In this document: positions 6,627 through 12,470 of the stretch, piece after piece
Position numbering within the stretch: the stretch's first letter is position 1
How the letters are laid out: every line of letters starts with the position of its first letter
Source of the DNA: a virus
Lineage: Duplodnaviria; Heunggongvirae; Uroviricota; Caudoviricetes
Reading direction: 5' to 3' (one strand)
Length of the DNA stretch: 12,470 nt
Virus record (IMG/VR): IMGVR_UViG_2671180556_000003
Program-made: the position numbers and the translations under genes
Notes under the pieces: generated by a model
Told to the model about the DNA's origin: nothing
Database searches by the model: none
What the model saw: only the letters and a program-made list of their open reading frames with translations

Positions 6627-7783
6627 TTGCGCCCCCTTACCTCTGAAGGGTTCAGCGACAAATTTATGAGACTGGCCAGCGCCGAAGCATCATTAATATA
6701 GTCATATAAGCTAACAGCCAGCGGAGATTCGGCTTTTGCCAACATAGGATAAAGCTGCTGCAGCCAGACCTGATGAATTGATGAAATGTAGGAACAGAGA
6801 ACGCTGGCGTTATGTGCAACGTCGCTCGGTACAGCGGGCTTTGAAAGCTGTTTCTCCATCTGGTTAAAGGCATTTATGTATGCCTCTTTGAACCGGGCAG
6901 CACGTTTACCCGTGAAACCCATAGCAAGAAACGCAAAACCGTCTCGTGTGATTTGATAGCAAGGGAGCTTGCGTGTACCACCGTTCGGTTGATTTACCGA
7001 AATCGATGTCTCCGCAAAATTGCGGGCACAAAACTCTGGGGAACAATCCAGAGTGCGGATCTTTTTCAGCACATCGTCGTGACGCTTGGAGAAGAAGTTG
7101 GCAACAGCCAAAGAAGTGGTAACGGCCTGGCCGTTGTCAATGGTGATTTCAGGTTGAGTGAGGGCTGGGATCGTAGCCATGATGGCAGCCTCCGTTGACA
7201 GTGAAAAACTTCCACCACCGGAAACGCCAATTTCACTGGTGGTGAACTGGACGGGGTTGGCGTAACCGGCGTCAACGGAGACCGGCGCACCTTTCGGTGC
7301 CCCCGCCCAGCCCACCATAATCTGGATGTGAGCAAATGCGGACGATAAAAAAGACGCTGGCGCGTCATACATCGCCGTTGACAATTTCAGGACGCCAATC
7401 CCGGCACCCGCTTTATAAGGTGCCTGAGCAGTGTAACGTCCCGGAATTGCAGAATCAATATGCTGGTGGTCCTTCACACTCAACAAAATCACGCCTGAAT
7501 TTCCACAAAGGACTAAAGCACTCATGCGGGTAGTCTTTGCGAAGATAGATAACGCGCTGTGTTTCTGGCTCCCAACGAATAACATGGACATAAAGCCCTC
7601 TTCCGTCACGAAACCAGCGGTTAAGTTCCTGCACAACTCGCCCCCCACAGTCAGGTAAAGTTCTCTGTGGTTACTTACAGCCAGGTGATTTGGTAATCTG
7701 CATTCATGCCGTAACAACAGGTGTTCAGCGACGCTGACCACCAGCTGTTGCGACAAACGGTTATTTGCCGTTAAACTATTCAT
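6623..7783 (-). CDS. Rha-family phage regulatory protein (Rha domain in the C-terminal half; alternative internal start at 7180)
   Basis: 386-aa ORF. Residues about 218-300 (TTSLAVANFFSKRHDDVLKKIRTL...KLPCYQITRDGFAFLAMGFTGKRAARFKEAYINAFNQMEKQL) match the Rha domain. ATG at 7783 overlaps the upstream stop (ATGA). An internal ATG at 7180 (MATIPALTQ...) has a GGAGG SD and would give a canonical 185-aa Rha protein. Both other minus frames across 7181-7780 are full of stops, so the extension is either coding in this frame or non-coding. Confidence 0.6.
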   Translation of the reverse strand: MNSLTANNRLSQQLVVSVAEHLLLRHECRLPNHLAVSNHRELYLTVGGELCRNLTAGFVTEEGFMSMLFVGSQKHSALSIFAKTTRMSALVLCGNSGVILLSVKDHQHIDSAIPGRYTAQAPYKAGAGIGVLKLSTAMYDAPASFLSSAFAHIQIMVGWAGAPKGAPVSVDAGYANPVQFTTSEIGVSGGGSFSLSTEAAIMATIPALTQPEITIDNGQAVTTSLAVANFFSKRHDDVLKKIRTLDCSPEFCARNFAETSISVNQPNGGTRKLPCYQITRDGFAFLAMGFTGKRAARFKEAYINAFNQMEKQLSKPAVPSDVAHNASVLCSYISSIHQVWLQQLYPMLAKAESPLAVSLYDYINDASALASLINLSLNPSEVRGRK

Positions 7784-8364
7784 GCGTTAGTTTCTCCACA
7801 ACCAGAAGCAATCGACGCCACGACGCCCGGAGCTGCACACTCGCGGGCGTTACTCTTTTCCGGCGCACAAAAAACACGAAATAACAGTGTTAAATGCTCC
7901 TGCCACTTCGCCATTACTTGGTAGCTGTTCTCTTCGATTTGCTCACGCTCAGCCTGGTCAATAACTCCATCAGCAGTTGCCTTGCGTAAGTACTGGGAAT
8001 GCTTGCCAATCCATTCTATTGACTCCATCAGCCGCTGATTAATGTCACCATTGTCAATGTCATCAATGACCACCAGCGGCACAAACACCCCATTACTACG
8101 ACGGGCTATTGCATCTGTTACATGCCTGGTACCACTGGCATCCTGTAAAACCATGGCCCACTCAAGTGGAAAAATTTGATCCCCACCGCTACGCAGTCTG
8201 TTATGCAATTGATCTTTTGCTGGGGTGATATCATCAGATTTATACAAACCAAGAATTTCTGCTGCTTCCTCATAGCCATGAGGTAAATCAGCAATCGTTC
8301 TTCGTATTGCTGCCACCAGCCATGCTGGTTGTTTATCAACTTTCCATTCAGGTTCTTTACCCAC
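7780..8364 (-). CDS. Putative early regulatory protein in the cII position (possibly YdaT-like)
   Basis: 194 aa. GTG start at 8364 with GAGGA SD at 7 nt, located 27 nt after the cro-like stop. Position immediately downstream of cro is where cII or YdaT-type regulators sit. The family call is tentative and from memory. Confidence 0.55.
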   Translation of the reverse strand: MGKEPEWKVDKQPAWLVAAIRRTIADLPHGYEEAAEILGLYKSDDITPAKDQLHNRLRSGGDQIFPLEWAMVLQDASGTRHVTDAIARRSNGVFVPLVVIDDIDNGDINQRLMESIEWIGKHSQYLRKATADGVIDQAEREQIEENSYQVMAKWQEHLTLLFRVFCAPEKSNARECAAPGVVASIASGCGETNA

Positions 8365-8391
8365 GGTTAATTCCTCATTTCTGTGGTGTTT

Positions 8392-8589
8392 TTATGCCGC
8401 AGCACTGTTAGTCTTTTGATATAAAGACACGTCAACTTTCAGTTTCCCGTTAGTAATTTTTTCTAACTGGTACGCTCGGCCTTCAGGAATAATCTCAGGC
8501 CACTCTGAAACAGACGGATGCTTAATACCTAGGGCTTCGGCGATTTTACAAACTCCGCCGAAATAATTAATCACGTCGGATTTCCGCAT
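8392..8589 (-). CDS. cro: Cro-like repressor (Cro/CI-type HTH)
   Basis: 65 aa, divergent from cI across the operator region. YFGGVCKIAEALGIKHPSVSEW is a typical Cro/YdaS-type HTH. GGGAGA SD at about 5 nt. Confidence 0.8.
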   Translation of the reverse strand: MRKSDVINYFGGVCKIAEALGIKHPSVSEWPEIIPEGRAYQLEKITNGKLKVDVSLYQKTNSAAA

Positions 8590-8620
8590 TTCTGTCTCCC
8601 GTTAAATTACGTTAAGCAGA

Positions 8621-8686
8621 AATGTAGGATATCCAACATGCCAATGTCAAGAATCCTACATGGGCATGTGGTAGGATTGCCTACAT
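8621..8686. promoter_or_regulatory. Right operator region: three operator sites overlapping the PR promoter (minus strand) and the cI start
   Basis: Seen in sequence: site 1 ATGTAGGATATCCAACAT (8622-8639), site 2 ATGTCAAGAATCCTACAT (8644-8661), site 3 ATGTGGTAGGATTGCCTACAT (8666-8686). PR on the minus strand has -35 TTGACA (plus 8650..8645) and, after an 18-nt spacer, -10 TACATT (plus 8626..8621). A possible cI promoter on the plus strand is TTAAAT(8602-8607)-N17-TAGGAT(8625-8630). Confidence 0.7.
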
Positions 8687-9338
8687 GATGAACATGAGTG
8701 ATCGTATTCGCCAAAGGCGAAAAGAACTGAACCTGACACAACAAGCACTGGCTGATTTGACTGGTGTGAACCGTGTCACGGTTACTGGATGGGAAAAGGA
8801 CGACTACCAACCAAATGGAGCCAACCTTCAAGCCCTAGCCAACGCACTTAAATGCGATCCTCTGTGGCTTGTTAGCGGAAAAGGCTCGCCTGAACCAAAG
8901 ATAAATCTAAAACCTGAAATATTCGCAGTTAAAAAAGTCCCCCTAATCTCGTGGGTTCAGGCGGGTTCATGGACAATGACGGAGCCTGGTGTCAGGAAAG
9001 AAGATGCTGAAGAGTGGGTTTATACTACCGCCCTTGTATCAGAAATGGCATTTGCACTACGGGTCCGTGGTGATTCAATGACCAATCCCCTCGGCTCACC
9101 ATCGATACCAGAAGGTTCTATCGTTATCGTAGAGCCAGATATTATTGATACAGAGTGTATTAACGGAAAAATCGTTGTTGCCCATATCAATGGTGGGCAA
9201 GAAGCGACACTCAAAAAATTTGTTGAGGACTGGCCGAACAGGTATCTCGTCCCACTAAATCCTAACTATAAAACTATTGAATGCGGTGAGAACTGCAGAA
9301 TAGTTGGTCTTGTCAAACAAGTAATAATGGATTTTTGA
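8685..9338 (+). CDS. cI: CI-type prophage repressor (N-terminal XRE HTH, C-terminal S24 LexA-like autopeptidase)
   Basis: 217 aa. N-terminal HTH LTQQALADLTGVNRVTVTGWE, then a C-terminal S24 domain with the catalytic Ser in RVRGDSM and a Lys in ATLKKF. Three in-frame ATGs at 8685, 8688 and 8694 make the exact start uncertain, and the first lies inside operator site 3. Confidence 0.9.
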   Translation: MMNMSDRIRQRRKELNLTQQALADLTGVNRVTVTGWEKDDYQPNGANLQALANALKCDPLWLVSGKGSPEPKINLKPEIFAVKKVPLISWVQAGSWTMTEPGVRKEDAEEWVYTTALVSEMAFALRVRGDSMTNPLGSPSIPEGSIVIVEPDIIDTECINGKIVVAHINGGQEATLKKFVEDWPNRYLVPLNPNYKTIECGENCRIVGLVKQVIMDF

Positions 9339-9356
9339 CACATCTTCCTCACTATC

Positions 9357-9386
9357 GCAAAACCGGGGTATCCCCGGTTTTTTTAT
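9357..9386 (+). terminator. Rho-independent terminator downstream of cI
   Basis: Seen in sequence: AAAACCGGGG(9359-9368) / loop TAT / CCCCGGTTTT with a T-run to 9386. Perfect 8-bp GC-rich stem plus A/T extension, 18 nt after the cI stop. The A-run on the other side makes it potentially bidirectional. Confidence 0.75.
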
Positions 9387-9400
9387 GAGCCTATCTTTTT

Positions 9401-9454
9401 ATGTAGGATAACCAACATAAACTCTTGACACTCGCATGTTGGATATCCTACATT
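9401..9454 (+). promoter_or_regulatory. Left operator region and PL promoter
   Basis: Seen in sequence: operator ATGTAGGATAACCAACAT (9401-9418) and inverted copy ATGTTGGATATCCTACAT (9436-9453). -35 TTGACA (9425-9430), 18-nt spacer, -10 TACATT (9449-9454). Same architecture as PR. Confidence 0.7.
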
Positions 9455-9612
9455 TGTTTTTAGAGTTGTGGTGAATGCGCAGGCTGATGCGCGAAAGACA
9501 TTGCAGCTATTGCGGAAAAGAGCTGTTCGGCGGGGCAATTAAACGCCCGTGAGAGTCTGAAATAACCGCAAGCCGGAGATCAGCATCGGTCACCACAGCA
9601 GCCACTGCTTTG

Positions 9613-9659
9613 GCGGTACCAGTTTGTACACTTGCTTCCGGCTGGTACCGCTCTTTTTA
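9613..9659 (+). terminator. Terminator-like hairpin in the PL leader (possible tL or attenuator)
   Basis: Seen in sequence: GCGGTACCAG (9613-9622) and CTGGTACCGC (9642-9651) are a perfect 10-bp inverted repeat with a 19-nt loop, followed by TCTTTTTAC. CGCTCTTTTTACAA also resembles a boxA-like element (rrn boxA is TGCTCTTTAACAA). Confidence 0.45.
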
Positions 9660-9661
9660 CA

Positions 9662-9744
9662 AAACAGAGAAGAGCATCACCGGACGACGGGCTCATAACC
9701 CAATCCACCCGGGCGGCTGCCACCGCAGGTGTTCTTCTCTGTTT
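9662..9744 (+). promoter_or_regulatory. Long inverted repeat or structured RNA element in the PL leader, upstream of the first gene
   Basis: Seen in sequence: AAACAGAGAAGA (9662-9673) and TCTTCTCTGTTT (9733-9744) are perfect 12-bp reverse complements, extendable to about 17 bp with G-U pairs, enclosing a GC-rich loop of about 49 nt that contains CCCGGG. Confidence 0.4.
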
Positions 9745-9781
9745 TGTGGAGAAACTAATATCTTGTGCAGAGGAAAATAGA

Positions 9782-10699
9782 ATGAAATTACCAAAATTTC
9801 GTAACGCAATTGTGTACCGAGCAACATTACCTAGTATACAGGCTATTGAAGGTCATCTTCTCGAACTCCCTTATTCTGAAATCGGGGAAACAGAATTTTC
9901 ACGGTCCTCTTTTGTAGAGAATCCTGTCACTGGTGAACTGGTAACTCCGATATCTGGTGGGTACGCAATGGTAATCCGTCATGATCAGAAAATAATTCCC
10001 CGACATGTCGTCATGAAAGAAGCTAATTCTCGAATCCAAACAATCGAAAATATGTCCGGGAATAAATTAAAGCGTGCCGAACGACTGGCCATTATTGATA
10101 ACGTACGAGTAGATCTATGCAAACAGGCATTTGTTAAGTCTACGCTGATTCTTGCATTGTACAGCACTGATGAGAAATTATTGGTAATCAACACAACCAA
10201 TAAAATAATAGCCGGTATGGTATGCGCAATGCTGATTAAGGTTGTCGGTTCAGTGAAAACAGAAACAATCAACATCAGTGATATCAAGAATGGACTGACT
10301 ACACGCCTGAATAACTACATCAATGGTGCAGCCAATGCATTTGAAGGATTCACTGTCGGAAATTATATTCAGCTATCACGCTACGCAGATCAAAAGGAAA
10401 TTATTCGCTACTCAGCTGAGCATGAGTCAATTCAAAGCGAACTGGCCGATAGTCTTAGTAGTAGTTTCACTGCTGATAAAATGGAGTTATCCGGTTGCGG
10501 TGTGACCTTCATTCTTACCGAAAATTTCCATTTTTCGCGCATCAATACTCAATCTCAGACATTTAATGATGAAGATGATAAAGCATTCCAGTGGCGTCAT
10601 CAGACTGGCGCTGACCTTTTCCAATTCAGCAAGGTAGTTAATTTGATGTGTGACCTTCTTTCTTACAAAGAAGATAAAAGCCAAAATCCAACAACTTAA
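9782..10699 (+). CDS. RdgC-like recombination-associated protein
   Basis: ORF 9632..10699 in the track; the ATG at 9782 follows GAGGAAAA. 305 aa, similar in length to E. coli RdgC (303 aa). N-terminus MKLPKFRNAIVYRATLP vs RdgC MLWFKNLMVYRLSR; QKIIPRHVVMKEANSRIQTIENMSGNKLKRAERLAIIDNVRVDLCKQAF vs RdgC [49 protein letters not shown]. Alignment is from memory. Confidence 0.7.
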   Translation: MKLPKFRNAIVYRATLPSIQAIEGHLLELPYSEIGETEFSRSSFVENPVTGELVTPISGGYAMVIRHDQKIIPRHVVMKEANSRIQTIENMSGNKLKRAERLAIIDNVRVDLCKQAFVKSTLILALYSTDEKLLVINTTNKIIAGMVCAMLIKVVGSVKTETINISDIKNGLTTRLNNYINGAANAFEGFTVGNYIQLSRYADQKEIIRYSAEHESIQSELADSLSSSFTADKMELSGCGVTFILTENFHFSRINTQSQTFNDEDDKAFQWRHQTGADLFQFSKVVNLMCDLLSYKEDKSQNPTT

Positions 10700-10704
10700 A
10701 AAAA

Positions 10705-10746
10705 TTGCAGCAATCATCCCATGTCAAATGGGCTGGATTGCTGCAA
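10705..10746 (+). promoter_or_regulatory. Perfect 11-bp inverted repeat (nested hairpin) between the RdgC-like and HD-domain genes
   Basis: Seen in sequence: TTGCAGCAATC (10705-10715) and GATTGCTGCAA (10736-10746), with a 20-nt loop that itself contains CCCAT(10718-10722)/ATGGG(10728-10732). Preceded by AAAAAA and followed by TCAAAATT. Confidence 0.4.
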
Positions 10747-10789
10747 TCAAAATTCAGAGCGGTGCAGCGCATATAACGTGGAGAACAAA

Positions 10790-11326
10790 ATGTCATTTAT
10801 TAAAACTTTTTCCGGGAAGCATTTTTATTATGACAAGATAAATAAAGACGACATCGTGATTAACGATATCGCGGTTTCCCTTTCAAATATCTGCCGCTTT
10901 GCCGGTCATCTTTCTCACTTCTACAGTGTCGCCCAACATGCGGTGCTTTGCAGCCAGCTGGTGCCGCAGGAATTTGCTTTTGAAGCGTTAATGCATGATG
11001 CAACAGAAGCGTATTGCCAGGATATTCCCGCTCCACTGAAACGCCTTCTTCCTGACTATAAACGGATGGAAGAAAAAATAGACGCCGTAATCCGTGAGAA
11101 ATACGGGTTACCCCCGGTTATGAGCACGCCTGTGAAATATGCCGATCTCATCATGCTGGCAACCGAACGCCGCGATCTCGGGCTTGATGATGGCTCTTTC
11201 TGGCCAGTACTGGAAGGTATCCCGGCAACAGAAATGTTCAAAGTTATTCCACTGGCTCCGAGCCATGCCTACGGGATGTTTATGGAGCGCTTTAACGAGT
11301 TATCGGAGTTACGCACATGCGCATGA
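10790..11326 (+). CDS. HD-domain phosphohydrolase (YfbR-like 5'-deoxynucleotidase family)
   Basis: ORF 10721..11326 in the track; the ATG at 10790 is preceded by GGAG at 7 nt, giving 178 aa. HD motifs: ICRFAGHLSHFYSVAQHAV and EALMHDATEAYCQDIPAPLK (compare YfbR SVAEHS...ALLHDASEVLTGDLPTPVK). Confidence 0.75.
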   Translation: MSFIKTFSGKHFYYDKINKDDIVINDIAVSLSNICRFAGHLSHFYSVAQHAVLCSQLVPQEFAFEALMHDATEAYCQDIPAPLKRLLPDYKRMEEKIDAVIREKYGLPPVMSTPVKYADLIMLATERRDLGLDDGSFWPVLEGIPATEMFKVIPLAPSHAYGMFMERFNELSELRTCA

Positions 11327-11928
11327 ATGTTTTCGAAATGGAAGGGTTTCTTCGCGGGAAATGTGTACCACGAGATCTGAAAGTGAATGAAACAAATGCT
11401 GAATATCTGGTGCGTAAATTTGCTGAAGCGGAGGCCAAGATTTTGGCTCTGTCCGAAGACCAACAGAAAGCGATTGAGTCAATTAAGCAGGCTGATGCAG
11501 CTGTTAAGTTGGCACACGAGAAGTTTTCGGCGCTGGCGGCGGAGAATGCGGGGCTGAAACACGCAATGGCCGTAACTCTTGAGCATGTGTCGGTCACGGA
11601 TGCAGGGCAGGCTGGTGTTGCTGCAATGATTATCAACGATGCCCTACACCACAGCGAAACTCCAGCCACCGATGCTTTCCTGGCTGAAATTCGTGCGGAA
11701 GCACGCAACGAGGGGATTAACTATACCGCAAGCCGTCTTGCTGCTACTTTCAATCACGGATTTATCAATAAGTCTTTACGTGAAGTTTTCGACGTTACAC
11801 GCATGATTCTGTCAGCGAAAGAAGAGTTGGCTAATGAACCACACCCGATTGATGGCCTGTCCGGTGAATATGCGGAGAAATCCCTAGAAGAATGGGCGGA
11901 ACAGATTCGCAAAGGAGGCAACCAGTGA
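11317..11928 (+). CDS. Hypothetical protein (predicted coiled-coil N-terminal region)
   Basis: 203 aa. ATG at 11317 preceded by GGAG at 8 nt; start overlaps the HD gene stop (ATGCGCATGA). No family recognised. Confidence 0.65.
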   Translation: MRMNVFEMEGFLRGKCVPRDLKVNETNAEYLVRKFAEAEAKILALSEDQQKAIESIKQADAAVKLAHEKFSALAAENAGLKHAMAVTLEHVSVTDAGQAGVAAMIINDALHHSETPATDAFLAEIRAEARNEGINYTASRLAATFNHGFINKSLREVFDVTRMILSAKEELANEPHPIDGLSGEYAEKSLEEWAEQIRKGGNQ

Positions 11929-12149
11929 GCGGAAAAAGAATGACTAACAGAGAGCTTGTTGATGCCGCGATTAAGCTTGCTGGTGATTTTTATTCAATGA
12001 TGGGGTACGCGCATCGCCCTGGATTCAAATATTGGGAATCACCGCATCCGCAAGAGCAACTGGTATTTCAAATGGCCTGCCGTGCTTTTGAGGTTATTCG
12101 CGGTTCTGATGTGATGGACGCCGTTGCCGACTTGGAGGATGAAGAGTGA
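11925..12149 (+). CDS. Hypothetical small protein
   Basis: ORF 11892..12149 in the track. GTG at 11925 is preceded by AGGAGG at 6 nt and overlaps the upstream stop (GTGA). Alternative ATG at 11940. 74 aa from the GTG. No family recognised. Confidence 0.5.
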   Translation: MSGKRMTNRELVDAAIKLAGDFYSMMGYAHRPGFKYWESPHPQEQLVFQMACRAFEVIRGSDVMDAVADLEDEE

Positions 12150-12470
12150 CCCAAATTAACTATCAGGCACTGCGTGAAAAGGCAGAGAAAGCAACTAAAG
12201 GAAGCTACATCGTAGGGCATACATCTGTTAACCAGCACGGCAATTTAACAGGAGTTTTTGTTTGCCAAAAATGGAAAGGAGAACCCGGTGGCGTGATTGC
12301 GGAATGTCATGTTAACTGCCTGATTGAATCAGATGTGAACCGCCCCGGGTTTCCTGGAGAGTATTTTATCTGTGAACTCAGGCTGCCAGATCATCGTTTC
12401 CGATGGAAGCATAATAAGCTTTTTCTGCTTCTGCCGGAGGAGTATGGCCCAGCCTTTCCAGCAATCGTCG
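12146..12470 (+). CDS. Hypothetical protein, 5' partial within the window (runs off the right edge)
   Basis: Not in the supplied track because it has no stop in the window. GTG at 12146 is preceded by GGAGG at 7 nt and overlaps the upstream stop (GTGA). Manual translation gives VTQINYQALREKAEKATKGSYIVGHTSVNQHGNLTGVFVCQKW... with at least 108 codons open. Confidence 0.5.
   Translation, partial: MTQINYQALREKAEKATKGSYIVGHTSVNQHGNLTGVFVCQKWKGEPGGVIAECHVNCLIESDVNRPGFPGEYFICELRLPDHRFRWKHNKLFLLLPEEYGPAFPAIV

Noticed and set aside
7524-7658. Plus-strand 44-codon ORF (MRVVFAKIDNALCFWLPTNN...) inside the N-terminal extension of the Rha ORF
   Set aside because: Short, weak SD, no recognisable features, and antisense to a frame that is otherwise open for 386 codons.
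9475-9552. 25-codon Arg-rich ORF as an intact N antiterminator
   Set aside because: It is far too short for a functional N protein, and there are only about 20 nt between PL and its ATG, leaving no room for a nut site. Kept only as a pseudogene or leader-peptide hypothesis in the findings.
1-12470. tRNA genes, integrase or attachment sites
   Set aside because: No cloverleaf-like sequences, recombinase motifs or flanking direct repeats were seen. The window appears to lie wholly inside the prophage early region.

Overview
This window reads as the immunity and early-regulatory core of a lambdoid enterobacterial prophage; all calls below are from reading the sequence and recalled protein families, with no database search run. 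A cI-type repressor (HTH plus S24 peptidase, + strand) sits divergent from a Cro-like gene, flanked by two near-identical promoters (TTGACA-N18-TACATT) that each overlap 18-bp operators with TGTAGGAT/ATCCTACA half-sites. The rightward-equivalent operon runs on the minus strand as tightly coupled genes: cro-like, a 194-aa regulator, a Rha-domain ORF, two small proteins, a replication initiator with four perfect 12-bp tandem repeats inside it, a Dam-type methyltransferase, a LexA DNA-binding-domain-only protein, RusA, a KilA-N antirepressor-like protein preceded by a canonical LexA box, a NinG/DUF968-like protein and a QuuD-like Q antiterminator. Downstream of Q lies an AT-rich orphan gene (582..1199) with an RBS-sequestering hairpin and its own terminator, followed by a small winged-helix gene bracketed by terminators. 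The leftward-equivalent operon (+ strand) has no recognisable N gene; its leader carries a terminator-like hairpin and a long inverted repeat, followed by an RdgC-like protein, an HD-domain hydrolase and overlapping unknown ORFs. The strongest candidates for something undescribed are the SOS-box/KilA-N/LexA-DBD arrangement, the orphan gene downstream of Q, and the N-less structured leader. No integrase, att site, tRNA, CRISPR array or structural genes are visible.
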